Source: Octopus vulgaris
Taxonomy: Eukaryota
DNA length: 64,000 nucleotides
Reading direction: 5' to 3'
NCBI GenBank assembly: GCA_951406725.2
Contig: OX597826.1
Span: forward strand, 73,346,001 to 73,410,000
A program made the translations under genes and the position numbers. Below are positions 1 through 15,348 of the stretch, one piece after another (position 1 is the stretch's first letter; each line of letters opens with the position of its first letter). The notes under the pieces were generated by a model. The model saw only the letters and a program-made list of their open reading frames with translations, had not been told where the DNA came from and did not search any database.

Positions 1-24
1 TATATATATACATACATACATACA

Positions 25-110
<86 letters not shown>

Positions 111-1390
111 TAGAAAAACGCAATAGAGGACAATAAAACATCGGGACAGATAGACGATATAAAGGCGGACAGGAAAAACAGCAATTAGAGGGACAGAGAA
201 AAAAGACGGGTAATTCGTGGCCTTCTTTCGTCAGTCAAGTTACCAGATGTCCTTACAGTTTCGAAACTAAAAGAAAAACTAAACATTAACACCACGTTAC
301 AGAGTTTATTTAGATGTGTTGATACTGAGTCTGTATATTGAGTAACTGTATTACAAGGTAGGTGTATATCATAATTGTGACACGAAATATAGACTGTAAC
401 ATTGCAGATGTTTTTAACAGCAAACTGCAGAATCTATAATATGCGGTTATCATGACACAGGTATTGTTTAACAGTACATCTCAGAGTGTAAAGGATGTCG
501 AAGACAAGGCTAAGAACAGCATCATTTATAATTACTCCAAAGCAGTATGACATCAATTATAGCTGTATACTAATTATATTAATTGAAATAAACTACATTT
601 CTCTAATATTAATTAGATAATTCCCATTATAATCTTATTTATCTTTAGACACAGGCGCAAAGTTCACAGAGAAACGTTTCCACTGTGTTCTTCTTCCTCT
701 CTTTCTCTCCTTCACACATTTTCTCTCTCTCTCCCTCCTCTCTCTCTCTCTCTCTCTCTGTCCTGCACATATTCACATATGTATTTGATGTGTGATTGTA
801 TACACACACATATATACGTACATACATACATATACAAACACACATATACACACACATATGTATGCATGTATGTATGCAATTGAGACAATATTGAGACAAA
901 ATAGCTGTCTATGGATCATACTTAATATATATATACGCTTTTTATAGGCCAGTCACTGCAGTGTCTGTCCTGAGATAACATCTCTTATGGACATGCTGTG
1001 TTAAATATTGGAGAGGGACGAAAGTTCGTCCCAACGGCGCCCAGCAAAAGCACCAAATGCATTTCAGCCATTTTAAACATCCCCAATGACGTATACTCGC
1101 AGCCAGCCACATACTCGAGCGAGAAATCGTCGCATCCGGTATAAGAAAACGTAAATAAAATATTCACTGATGTTGCGAATAACGTCTTAGCTGAATAAAA
1201 ATCCGATATACGCAATTGAGGCAATATTTAAATAAAACTGCCATCTATCTATCATACTTAATGTATATACACTCAATGGTTTCCGAGGAGTAATTTGTGT
1301 GTGTGTGTGCGCGCGTGTGTGTGTGCGTTTGTGTGTTTGTGTTTGTATGCTCGCGCGCGTGTTTGTGCACGTGTGTGTATATATATATGT

Positions 1391-1618
1391 TTCTTTACTA
1401 CCCACAAGGGGCTAAACATAGAGGGGACAAACAAGGACAGAGAAACGGATTAAGTCGATTACATCGGCCCCAGTGAATAACAGGTACTTAATTTATCGAC
1501 CTCGAAAGGATGAAAGGCAAAGTCGACCTCGGCGGAATTTGAACTCAGAACGTAGCGACGGGCGAAATACCGCGAAGCACTTCGCCCGGCGTGCTAACGT
1601 CTCTGCCAGCTCGCCGCC
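1391..1618 (-). mobile_element. tRNA-derived SINE, family A, full length
   Basis: Minus strand GGCGGCGAGCTGGCAGA..GTTAG (A-box-like) and GAGTTCAAATTCC (B-box-like), central GTCGACTTTGCCTTTCATCCTTTCG.GGTCGATAAA.TAAGTACC domain; more than 12 copies in the window. Confidence 0.85.
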
Positions 1619-1622
1619 ATAC

Positions 1623-1624
<2 letters not shown>

Positions 1625-1707
<83 letters not shown>

Positions 1708-1741
1708 GCACACACGCGCACGTGCACATATAGACAAACAT

Positions 1742-1829
<88 letters not shown>

Positions 1830-2018
1830 ATGGACAAACAGATAGGTAGATAGGTAGACAGATAGATAGACAAACAGACAGACAGATACATGCATGCATA
1901 CATACATACATACATACATACATACACATACATACATACATACATACATACATACATACATACATACATACATACATACATACATACATACATACGCACA
2001 TACATACATACATACACA
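1625..2018. repeat. Compound (TA)n-(CA)n-(GATA)n-(CATA)n microsatellite; (GATA)n/(GACA)n also at 9765-10040, 12381-12470, 13805-14020 and 15210-15346
   Basis: Directly visible. Confidence 0.98.
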
Positions 2019-2571
2019 CAATTTGCATGTTGAATGCTGCAGGAAAACCATGATTTTCAAAAGAGAATTTCACTGAAACCGTTGTAGCTTTGCTTGATAA
2101 AAATGGCCGTACAGAAAGAAGAATTATTTCTCCACATAGCTTGGTCCAATCTCCGATCAACAACCAAAGACTATTTCCAGCGAGAAATTATAATGAACGT
2201 CTCCAGAATGAAGTCTGACGTTTCCCTATCATTAATATAGTATTTTGTATCAATCATGTGACGTGTCATTTTTTTTTTTTTTTTTTTACCTTTTTATATT
2301 GATTCCCATCTGGTAGAACAATTTACGCATTTCTCTCCTTCGTGGTAGAAATCATTAATTATTATTCATTGAAAGTTAATACAAAAAGTCTTTTCCATAA
2401 ATACAATACAGGACAACTAAACTTTGACTGGATTCGAAACTTCATCCTATGATTAATGCTAAACTATAAATAATTACTTTCTGCGCCCAAAATAGCAAAA
2501 AAGAATGTAAGCTATACTACAAGATGTAAAAGAGGTGAAAGAATAAAATATCACGTGAAGGCTACATAAAT

Positions 2572-2602
<31 letters not shown>

Positions 2603-3094
2603 TCAAATTTTGTGTTAAAAGCAGCTCAGTGATGTTATTTATATCACATACTAAATATGTGTGCGCTGTTAAACGGCTGCAGCTGCGGTATTTAGTCTAA
2701 GGGAAGTACCTTTAAAGATGTCCAGCGTTGAAAAAAACAGAATACTTCAAAGCGAGGCGAAACGAAGTCGCTCCGGAGGTGTAAGCGAATGACATATATT
2801 GATATTTTCTCCTTTTGCTGCTCATCGTCGTCGTGTATCCACCCCACTTAAGGTCACAGTCCGTATTTCTGGGATGATTACAGTGCAGTCCGTAGTATCC
2901 GTGGGCATCGTGTTGATCATCTTCATGGATTCATTTCTTCAGGCGATATAACATTAATGGATGTACAACAGAGGGATGTTTATCCCTTATATATATATAT
3001 ATATATATAAAATATTATTAGAGACAAAACCACTATTTTGTAAAACAAACAAGGAAAGACTTAATCAATACATAAAATTTTAATAAATAGTCTA

Positions 3095-3255
3095 TATACG
3101 ACGGGCTTCCTTCAGTTTCCGTCTACCAAATATACTCACAAGGCTTTGGTCAGCCCGAGGCTATAGTAGAAGACATTTGCCCAAGTTGCCACGCAGTGGG
3201 ACTGATCCCGGAACCGGTTGGTTATCAAGCTACTTACCACACAGCCACTCCTGCG

Positions 3256-3257
<2 letters not shown>
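3095..3257 (-). mobile_element. tRNA-derived SINE family B (CORE-like central CTTGGGCAAGT segment; resembles the octopus OR/OK-type SINEs)
   Basis: Minus strand GGCGCAGGAGTGGCTGTGTGGTAAG..CCGGGATCAGTCCCACTGCGTGGCAACTTGGGCAAATGTCTTCTACTATAGCCTCGGGC; about 10 copies or fragments in the window. Confidence 0.8.
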
Positions 3258-3312
<55 letters not shown>

Positions 3313-3340
3313 CAGATGTAGGTATTTATGTATGTACGCA

Positions 3341-3395
<55 letters not shown>

Positions 3396-3794
3396 GTGTG
3401 TGTGTATGTTTCTATAGAGAAAACCTTTCCTTTCAGACACGTACAATGGAAGTCACGTCTGTGTTCGTGTTTATATATTTTTTGTATTAAACATTTTCTT
3501 TCTTTTTTTCCATCTTTCCTTATTAGTCCTTTATGTTCAGCATTAAACAGTAATATTCATAAGTCCATTAGCGTTTTAATACCTTCCCAGTTTCATCTTT
3601 CCTATAAAAGGGTGACGGTGGCAGTTTTATTGCCGCATATTTGATTGTAGGATACAAGAGGTCATGGCAATGGGTGGGTGTGGTAATTGATGAAAATTCA
3701 TAAATCACCGGATTTTTTTTAATATTTAACCGTTAACTCCTGGTTACTCACGGCAACCTTGGTATGTTCTTAGTTAATTATGATGCGGATTGTA

Positions 3795-3858
<64 letters not shown>

Positions 3859-3925
3859 TGTGTGTCTGCGCGCGAGAGAGAGAGCGTGGATGGCGTATGT
3901 GTGTGTGTAATTAATAACGTATCAT

Positions 3926-4500
3926 TTAAGCAGAAAACTATCAGTATCGTTCTGTGCGTCGGACAAAATGCTTAACGACATCTTTTTCCGGCTTTTTATG
4001 TTCTGCTGTTCGAAATCCATCGAGGTCGACTTTGCCTTTCATCCTTTCTGGGTCGATGAAATAAATACCAGTTGAGTACTGGGGTCGATGTAATCAGATA
4101 ACTCTCTTGCCCCAAATCCCTTGCCTTGTGCCAAAATTTTAAAGAAAAAGAAATTAGTTACATCTCTTTATGTTCTGAGTTCAAATCCTGCCGAGGTCGA
4201 CTTTTACTGGCATCTTTTCAGGGTCGATAAAATAAGTACCAGTTGAGCACTGGGTTCGATATAATGGACTATGCCCCTCCACTAAAGTTACTGGCCGTGT
4301 GCCAAAATGTGAAACCATTTTTAAGGAAGCGTTCAAATACATTTCTACACGTGCGGCGGAGAATTAGCCGAGACGTTCGTTAGAGCGTAGAATAAAGTTC
4401 CTTGTGGTATTTATTCCGACTCCCTGCACTCCGGACTCAAACCCCATCAACGTCAACATTGTATATCATTCTTTCGGGATCGAAGAAATAAAACTCCCTG
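3926..4500 (+). mobile_element. Cluster of three head-to-tail SINE family A copies (3926-4145, 4160-4320 truncated, 4353-4500 degenerate)
   Basis: Repeated GAGGTCGACTTT...GGTCGAT.AAATAA.TACCAGTTGAG.ACTGGG core. Confidence 0.75.
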
Positions 4501-4944
4501 AATAGACAGGATTATTCGAGCGTCAGATGGGTGAGTGAATAGCCTTTTGTTTTTTTCTTCTAGTTCTTTGAATTCTGAATTCTTAAGTGGTGGACTTAAC
4601 CGGTCGCTCGGTTTAACCCCATTACCTGTCCTTAGGTACCTTTAGGGAAGTAAATATTTAGACCAGATCAATGTGAGAATAATTGCCTCTCTCCTCTTCC
4701 TCCCACGAGTTTCAGAAGCCCAGACAAGACACGGAGAGGTAATGGTATCATTGAGACCCAAAGGTGTCAGGTAATGCTGAATAAGTGCTATTGACAGACC
4801 ATAGTTAAGTTCCAGATTCGGTAATATTGCGAATAAAGGGTTCAACGTTGGTTCTATGTCAGCGTGTGTATATAAGAAATTTTTGCGTAATAATATTAAA
4901 AAAAACCAAAGCTGTGTAGATATTAGAGCATTTATAGATAGAAG

Positions 4945-4996
4945 GTCTTACAGCTGTTTCTAGGATATTTATTAATTATATCCCTTCATCGGAGAC
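4945..4996 (-). ncRNA. Minimal type-I hammerhead ribozyme motif (U4C core), Penelope-type
   Basis: Minus strand reads GUCU-CCGAUGA-AG GGAUAU aauuaauaa AUAUCC UA-GAAA-CAGCUG-UA|AGAC: stem I GUCU/AGAC, stem II GGAUAU/AUAUCC, palindromic stem III ACAGCUGU. Confidence 0.65.
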
Positions 4997-5156
4997 ATAT
5001 ATATATATTTGTATGTATGTATGTATGTATGTATGTATGTATGTATGTATGTATGTATGTGTATATATATATATATATTCAACATGTGACCTCGTGAGCA
5101 CCGCCAGCAATTTGTTTTCCTCTGTCTTCCCTTCTCGGAATCTTTCCTTCTCCTTT

Positions 5157-5191
5157 GTTTCCGACGAAGAGCTCCGCTCGAAACGTTAAAC
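5157..5191 (+). ncRNA. Minimal type-I hammerhead ribozyme motif (U4C core) within a short repeat (about 5085-5290)
   Basis: GUUU-CCGACGA-A GAGC ucc GCUC-GAAA-CG-UU|AAAC: stem I GUUU/AAAC, stem II GAGC/GCUC, palindromic ACGU stem III. Confidence 0.65.
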
Positions 5192-5286
5192 CCTCCTTCT
5201 TCCCTTCTTTCCTGAGCGTCCAATAATACTTTATTTGTTCCACGTCCTTGCGTTGTTGTGTTTTTTTTGTGCCTTCTTGTTTGGAT

Positions 5287-5370
<84 letters not shown>

Positions 5371-5519
5371 GATCCATTCTTGTTGCTTATTTTTGGGTTA
5401 TAATCACCCCACATAATTTTATGGGTAATACCATAAAAAAATTCTAGTGCATCTAAGTTACGTACCATATTCATTTGAATCTAAATTGTTTTGCTGAAAT
5501 TATAATCCCATACATTGTG

Positions 5520-5585
<66 letters not shown>

Positions 5586-5621
5586 CACATATAAATATAA
5601 CATATATATGCATATATATAC

Positions 5622-5685
<64 letters not shown>

Positions 5686-6960
5686 CACAGATGAACAGAT
5701 GAGATCCAGAGATTCTTGGTATAGAAGACACTCAGTAGTGCTCAAAAGATTCAAACTCCGATGTATTTGTGTTGAACCGGTAGAAATGTTCAACAATATT
5801 GTGAAATACCTTCATTTCCAACTCCCTCCCACTCATTCTCTTCACTCAGTCTGTAGATCTCTTCGAGCGTTTCTCTTGGCTTTCCTGCCTATGTTCAAAT
5901 GACCAACACATGTCAAAACAAACGCAATCGTTCGACGACGTCACTACTGTGGCATTGCTTGTCATTTCCAAGAAAAGGATTTGTCTCTTGATCCAAGGCA
6001 GCTTCCCATGTTTATGGATTTAAAGCTTAAAGTTTACATAAGTTTACATAAGTCCAACAGTGGTAATAATGACGTTGATGATAATGATGATGATGATTAT
6101 GTTGGTGCTGTTTGATGGTGGTGATGGTGATGGTGATGGTGGTGGTTGGAGACTTAAATAAATGGTGGAGGAATTGTATAACAGTAATGGTGGTGGTGGT
6201 GGTGGTGGTGGTGGTTGTCGTGGTTGAATCCAATAGGTTTGGTGAAAGAGTGTAGTTAAGAGGGGAGTTGTAAAAGTAGTAGTAGTGAGAGTAGTGGAGA
6301 GAAAGAGTATAACAGTGGTGGTGGTGGTAGTAGCGGTGGTAGTAGAAGTTACGGTTGTAGTAATCGTATGGAGAATGTAGTGCTAATGGTGGTGGTGGTG
6401 TTGTTTGTAGTGGTGGTGGTAATGGTAGTGGTATGGTGGTGGTGCTGGTGATGATGGTGATGGTGGTGGTGGTGTTTGTAGTGGTGGTGGTAGTGGTGGT
6501 GGTGGTGGTGCTGTTTGATGGTGGTGGTGGTGGTGGTGGTGGTAGGTCTTATAACGATAGTAGGGTGGTATATGGTGCAACAGGGTACATATATAAACGA
6601 TTAGCGTATGGCGTGTGTGTGTGTGGGTGTGTGTTTTGGTGCAAGAGGATTTGCAGAGGAAATTGGTATGGAGGGGGTGGGGGGAATTAGGGGTGAAAAT
6701 AGATGAAAATTAATGGGAAGGAGGGGTTTAGGTAGCACTGATTAGTCACTGCTACACCCTGTGGTCATTGTTGATAAGGGGACAGGAAGTCTATGAGGGG
6801 TCAATAGAGAGAACCAGCCAACCGAAAGACCACCACCATACAGTTACATAGGCACACATACACACAGACATACATATATACATACAAACATTCACATTCA
6901 TTCATACACACATATACACACGCACACACACACACATACACACACACACACGCATACACG

Positions 6961-7018
<58 letters not shown>

Positions 7019-7091
7019 TGTGTAGATATACATACACACGCTAATATACACATGAATATACATATATACATATATATACATGGACATGTAC

Positions 7092-7126
<35 letters not shown>

Positions 7127-7384
7127 TGTATGTGTGCGTATATATATATATATATATTTCTAGTTTTAGCTCAGAGCTGCGGCCATATATATACACACTC
7201 ATGCGTATATATGTGTGTCTGCGTGTGTGTGTATATATATATATATACATATGCAGATAATAACATACACACACATACACAATTATATATGCATGGTTGA
7301 CTGGATGTATTTACAAACATATTCACAACCACATAAAAACACGTACATATATATACACACTCCCTCACATATACACTCTTACAC

Positions 7385-7423
<39 letters not shown>

Positions 7424-7689
7424 CACACACACCTACACACACATACATACTTGTACTCACATCGACTCGATGAAAGCTTGTTGCGAGTCAAGTGGAGTTA
7501 TTGGCTGTCCATTATCGCAGCAACAACAACAAAAAGCAACAAACACAACAATCATAAAAACACAAATAAACACAATAACAATCACAGCAACAATAAGAAG
7601 AGATTTTAGTCAATTTAGTATAAAAGCTCTGCATGAACGACTCAATGGAATGTAACATGATGCTAATTAGTCAGGCGTGTGTGTGTGTA

Positions 7690-8400
<711 letters not shown>

Positions 8401-8581
8401 ATGGGTACAGGACATCAAAAAAATAAAACAATGAGAAAAGAAAACATAAAAACAAAAACACAGAAACGAACTTTTTTCGAACAACAAAAAAAACAAACAA
8501 ACAGAGAAACGAGACATGCAACATAAAGAATATTCCCCTTCTTCAGTTGTCCCTGTTTCATCTACTCCACGTTTCGAAGGC

Positions 8582-8631
<50 letters not shown>

Positions 8632-8949
8632 GCACCCAAATACATATGTGTGTGTGTGTGTGCGTGTGTGTGTGTGCATTTGTGTGCGTCCCCGTTTATT
8701 TGTGTTTGTGCGTATGTCTATGAATGCATGTGCCATTGCATTTGATTTGAGTCAAATAAAATAGTTATACTCTACGACATGTATTGAGTGCATTTTTTCC
8801 CCGCGTATTGGCAGCTCACACGCCCGCTCGTGTGCGCACACATTCGCGTCTCAGATAAATACTATGAAAATATTACATTTACAGATAAATTCTTCTATTT
8901 ACATAATATCGAGATTTCTTTCATTCTTTTGTTGTCTTACCATTTCTAT

Positions 8950-8989
<40 letters not shown>

Positions 8990-8991
<2 letters not shown>

Positions 8992-9360
8992 GAAAATGGG
9001 ACAAGAACGCAAAACATCCGGGCAACTAGATGATACAAAAAGGAACAACAAAACATCCCGATAGACGATACAAAAAAAACACGGACGGGTCATTCGCAGC
9101 CTTCTATCTTCAGTCAAGAACCGGATCATCCTCGCAATTTCGGTTGATTAATCTTGAGATTGCTCCAATCTGGCCAGCCCCAAGGAAAAACTATGCTAAG
9201 GGCTTTAGATTCCTTGGAAAAAGCATCGAATGTATACGAAACAAGGACGGAAAACATACGGTGTTACACGAATATAAATACAAAAATACAATTAAAAAAC
9301 AATAATAACAGGACATAACAACAGGCGTCTTTCGACTGGGGACAAATTGAATTCAGCTGA
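8990..9360 (-). mobile_element. (TA)n-associated interspersed repeat family, probably Penelope pLTR-derived (other copies about 110-265 -, 20390-20560 +, 40800-41110 -, 48852-48975 +)
   Basis: Shared segments such as GGACAAGAACGCAAAACATCCGG, CAGTCAAG..CC.GAT.ATCCTCGCAATTTCGG and GAGATTGCTCCAATCTGGCCAGCCCCAAGGAAAAAC; carries degenerate CTGANGA and GAAA motifs. Confidence 0.65.
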
Positions 9361-9764
9361 GTGCCAGGAATAGATATGCAGAGATGTACAGCACAAGAGT
9401 GGGATAGACTGAGATATAAGGTGACAGATTGCTAAGCAGAGAAGGTAGGTAGACATAGATATACAGATATAGAAAGAATTATACAGTTAAAGAATTAGAT
9501 AGGCAGAGATATACGGTGATAGAATTAGAGAGAGATATAAATTAATAGAAAAAGATAGAGAAGAATTTTAAAATGATAGAAATAAGCAAAAAAATAGCGG
9601 GTGATAGAGCAAGACCGGCAGACTGATATATAGTGATAGAGATATAAAAACTGTCGTATAGAGTCGTGAAGGGAGACAGCCAGAGAGATATACATAGTGA
9701 TAGAGATAGACAGAAAAATAAATACAGTGGGAGAAAGAGAGAGAGAGAGAGAGAGAGGCGATTG

Positions 9765-9795
<31 letters not shown>

Positions 9796-9860
9796 CAGAT
9801 AGATTAGACAGACAGACAGACCGATAGATAGGTATGTAGGTATGTAGGTAGGTAGGTATG

Positions 9861-9924
<64 letters not shown>

Positions 9925-9972
9925 TACACAGACAGACAGATAGATAGATTAGACAGACAGATAGATAGATAG

Positions 9973-10042
<70 letters not shown>

Positions 10043-10458
10043 ATGGTACTAGCGATAGAAAGAGATGCACAATGATTGAAATGGAAAGACAAAGAGATAG
10101 AGTAATAGCGATAGACAGAGAGAGAGAGAGAGAGAGAAGAAAAGAGAAAGAGAGAGAAGAAAAGAGAAATAGATAGAGAGAGTGACAGAGGTGTAATGAT
10201 GGAAATAGTGGGGAAGGCGAAGTGGGGCGTTAATGTATGTACGAAGGATGGAGAGGTGGGGTGGGGGGAGTGGACAGTATTGAAAGAATGAGTTATCGAT
10301 ATTCTCCTTGTAAATAGATCGATATTAACGGGGGTGGGTGAGGGGCTGTAGCAATCATTATGGCAGGAATGCAGTCAGGCAGCATTGATGCATCACTGCA
10401 CATTCCGCTGACAAAAGGTATGAATACCTTGCACTACAACACACTGATAATGTCTGCT

Positions 10459-10533
<75 letters not shown>

Positions 10534-10662
10534 ATGTGTATATGTGTCTGTGTGTGTGTGTGTGTGTGTGTGTATGCGTGTGGGTGTATGTAAATGTATT
10601 TATGTATACCTTTGCACATATGTATGTACACACATACACACATATAGCATACACATATGCAC

Positions 10663-10715
<53 letters not shown>

Positions 10716-11033
10716 CACACCCCTAAATGTAAATATGCATAGATTTCACGTGTGAGGGTATATACATGTGTGTATGTATGTCTGCGCGCGCGTGTCTATG
10801 TTACACGCTTCCCGTATTGAGTACTACTTTTTTGTTTATATATGTATACACACACGCACACGCACACACACACACACACACACAACACATACACATATAT
10901 ATATACACACATATATAAATCTTCTGTTTGTTCGGCCAAACCTATATTATTAAAACGCATATGTATATGATATTTATATATGAATAATATATCTACCTAT
11001 AGATATACGCGCGGGCGCGCACTCACACACACA

Positions 11034-11103
<70 letters not shown>

Positions 11104-11452
11104 TATATATATCCATCACAATCACCACCGCCAATGCCACAAAAGAACGGCACCACCAACAGAAACAATAAACCGAATCTCCTCCGCCACCACTACCAAC
11201 ACAACCGCCACCACTACCATCATCACCACTACCCCCTCCACCACCATCACCACCACCTCCACTCCCAGCATTACAGTCTGCGAGCGACGGTTGTTATGGG
11301 TTACACCAATTGATTTTGTGCTACCCAAATACCAACATCCATCAGAAATTAACAATAATCACCAACGCCAGCCCTTCCTGATGTGTCCCCCACCTCACAT
11401 CCCCGCCAACCTATACAGAATAGAGGGGAGAGGCTTTTTTTTATCTTTATTA

Positions 11453-11526
<74 letters not shown>

Positions 11527-11948
11527 GCTATTCTTTTCATGTTTATTGTTGTGGGGTTTTTTTTCTTTCTAATGTCTCTGTTGATTTTCCCCTCATTGAT
11601 TTCTGTCATTGTTTTACGACCATGCTACAGCGCCGCCTTCGGGAGCTCCAGGCGAGATTATCGATCTATGAAAAGTTATTTATCTGGTAATTATTTCATC
11701 GACATCTGTTCAGCGCAGAGCTAAGTCATACTTTGATGTGGATGTGCGCCACCTGATGCACCCTTTCCTAACTGTATTACACAGGCTTATACACATACAT
11801 ATTAGAGAATGTGTACATACATATATACATACACAAGCTTGCATATGAATGTGTATCTATATATATATACACAGAGACAGAGATGCATAATTTTATGCAC
11901 ACATCTATATAAACGTATGTATATATATTTGTATGAATACATGCAAAT

Positions 11949-12029
<81 letters not shown>

Positions 12030-12034
12030 CGTTC

Positions 12035-12070
12035 CTTTCTGTTGAAGAGCGTAGGCTCGAAACGTAAAAG
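12035..12070 (+). ncRNA. Hammerhead-like motif (CUGUUGA, A6U) in a Penelope-derived short repeat (about 12030-12160)
   Basis: CUUU-CUGUUGA-A GAGC guag GCUC-GAAA-CG-UA|AAAG; same repeat family as 38590-38700, 45340-45520 and 48733-48850; flanked by (TA)n on both sides. Confidence 0.55.
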
Positions 12071-12156
12071 ACTTTCTCACCTTCCCGAGCGTTAAACTAA
12101 TACACCTGTTTGTTGTTTATACACCTGTCTTCGTCTTTTGGTTTTCCATAAATTCC

Positions 12157-12210
<54 letters not shown>

Positions 12211-12378
12211 CATTTCCCAGATTCTTCTTAAAAGGTATTCGTAAATTTGAGGCTACAGTTGAAGAAATTTAACTTAAGGTGATTGTGAAACAAATCTTTG
12301 CTCTCAGGAAATGCCTTTCTCCTAACACATACGCGTGCACACACACACACACACACACACAGAGGGAGATAGTGAAAG

Positions 12379-12471
<93 letters not shown>

Positions 12472-12738
12472 TCGCAACAGTGTTGTACTCTGTCGTTATT
12501 TGGAGTGATGACTCGCGTAGAGAAACGATAATGAGAAACTCGGGAGAAATCTTTACATTTTTTTAATTAGTATCGTTATTAACTCTACTTAATCAATTAA
12601 GATGTCTTTTCTCAGCATCAACAATTTACTACAAGTGTATGCCAGCAGCGACACGCATACACACACGCACGCACAGAAACTTACACGTATTTCCACTCAC
12701 ACATATATATATATATGTTTATATCAACACACACACAA

Positions 12739-12778
<40 letters not shown>

Positions 12779-13337
12779 GAGAGTGACAGAGGGAGAGAGA
12801 GAGAGAAGGGAGAGTGACAGAGGGAGAAATCACTTCTAGCGACTTTCCCTCACAGCTACACACACAATCACAATAGTATTCTCACAGTTACCTCCCTTGT
12901 AACTCAAGCTCGACGTTTCTTCGTTTCCTATATTTATCATTTCACGTGTACCAACCAGCGGCGAATGGTCTATCTTACAAACAATGTTACACGCTTACAT
13001 TTTCACGGCCAGCCATTCCTTCGTCCTCCTTTTTGCTGTAAGGGTCAAAGACTTACCAGGAACACACCCGTTTCTAGCTTCTCCTTCAGGGTGCGATCGT
13101 AAGAAAAATCAACAAAATATTGCTCTCCTACGCAGTTATTGTGATTATCAGACCGGCGGAGATAGCGAAGCCGTTCGATTCACAGATCGAAATCGTTTCG
13201 CGTCGCTAACCTACCCAGGGAATCGGTATATCACACAATACCCTGTTTTCTTTCTATTTCAATTATGGGGTATATAGTTTTCTCTAGACACACTAAAATA
13301 ACTTAAGAATTGTTCATGTTGGTGTTTATTATTATTA

Positions 13338-13421
<84 letters not shown>

Positions 13422-13529
13422 TTGTAACTAATCCAATTTCACTAAGATAAGCCTGTCAGCTATAATCTTCACTTAACTGTTCGTATTAATCTACATTTTT
13501 TAAAATTTTCTATTAAAAGAAAGTCTGTG

Positions 13530-13561
<32 letters not shown>

Positions 13562-13628
13562 CGTGTGCGTGTGGGTGGGTGGGCTGTGTGTATATATATA
13601 TACACACACACACACATACATACATACA

Positions 13629-13660
<32 letters not shown>

Positions 13661-13819
13661 AATATATGCATATATATATATGCACATATACACATATGTA
13701 TGCAAATATATATATATACATATATATGTATAGTTCTATATATATGCACATATAAGTATGTATATTCAAACACATGCATACATACATATATACACACATA
13801 CATTGATAGGTAGGTACGC

Positions 13820-13873
<54 letters not shown>

Positions 13874-13886
13874 GTAGGTAGGTAGT

Positions 13887-14020
<134 letters not shown>

Positions 14021-14419
14021 TCGGTATGTACATATACATACATGTGTGCGCGCGTATGTGTGTGAGGGGAGTAATGATACTGGAAAAGTTCCCCAGGGTG
14101 TCTTCTGCATAAAGAATATGTACTTAAGTGCACGCTACCGTAAATAAGGTGATGTACGGAAAGTAATTTTTCACCGAAGCATGTCCGGGGTTGTCATCAT
14201 GGCTGCCATATATCGACTCTACTCTTCCGCTACCATACACTGTACGAGTGTACCTCCGTATCATAATTTGGGTCATTGGAATTTTTGGTTTTCTGTTTTA
14301 TCTCTTTTGAGAATAATCTCCATTAATGTTAATGGCTTTTCATCTCAATACGTCTGTAATTTCAGCTGATTAAAATTTATTTTCTGCTGACCGTTTTAGG
14401 AATGGTGCCTGAAATTAAT

Positions 14420-14461
<42 letters not shown>

Positions 14462-14476
14462 TGTGTTTGTGTATTG

Positions 14477-15040
14477 CAGTGTGTTGAGAAGATTGCTTGG
14501 CAACCTCATGGCTCCGCGTTCAGTCCCATTCTATGTCACCATTCTATGTCCCATTCTATGTCACCTACGTCTCCTATAGCCTCAGGCCGACTAAATCCTT
14601 GTGAGTGGATTTGGTAGCCGAAAATTGAAAGAAGCCCGTCATATGTGTGCGTGAGGGGGGTCTTTGTGTCTGTGCTTGTATTCCCCCCACCCCACCCAGC
14701 GCTTGACAAGAGGTATTGGTTTGTTTACATCCCCGTAACTTAGCAATTCGGCCTAGCTACCGATAGAATAACAAATAGGCTTTAAAAAAATATTGGAGTT
14801 GATTCATTCAACTAAAAATGTATCAAGCATGGCCGCAGTTTAATAACTGAAACACTTAAAAGAAAAGTGATGAAAGATATATATATATAGGTGCAGGAGT
14901 GGCTGTGTGGTAAGTAGCTTGCTTACCGACCACATGGTCCCGGATTCAGTCCCACTACTATAGCCTTTTCTACTATAGCCTCGGGCCGACCAGAGCCTTG
15001 TGAGTGAATTTTGGTAGACGGAAACTGGAAGAAGCCCGTC
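14477..15040 (+). mobile_element. Two SINE family B copies (14477-14875 with 3' tail; 14889-15040)
   Basis: CTATAGCCTC.GGCCGAC...CCTTGTGAGTG.ATTTGGTAG.CG.AA.TG.AAGAAGCCCGTC present twice; tail GCATGGCCGCAG...ACTGAAAC. Confidence 0.8.
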
Positions 15041-15216
15041 AGAGTGGGAGATTTAACTACTCAAATGCACATACGTAACGATATACAAGTACACGCACTT
15101 CGTAAATAAGTAAATGAATAAATAAAACATATGCTTTCTTCTACGTTAGATACACGTTGGAGGGGGGGTGCACGTCTGTTTACACGTCTGTTAATACCAA
15201 CAAAGCAAATAGATGG

Positions 15217-15259
<43 letters not shown>

Positions 15260-15286
15260 GGCAGACAGACAGACAGACAGACAGAC

Positions 15287-15348
<62 letters not shown>

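Noticed and set aside
985-1224. 79-aa ORF over a CpG-richer patch with an 8-bp hairpin GGGACGAA-AG-TTCGTCCC
   Set aside because: No recognisable domain or splice sites; the short hairpin could arise by chance.
14310-14369. LRIISINVNG peptide resembling the start of an L1/Tx1 AP endonuclease
   Set aside because: Only about 10 residues of similarity with no following motifs; too weak to call.
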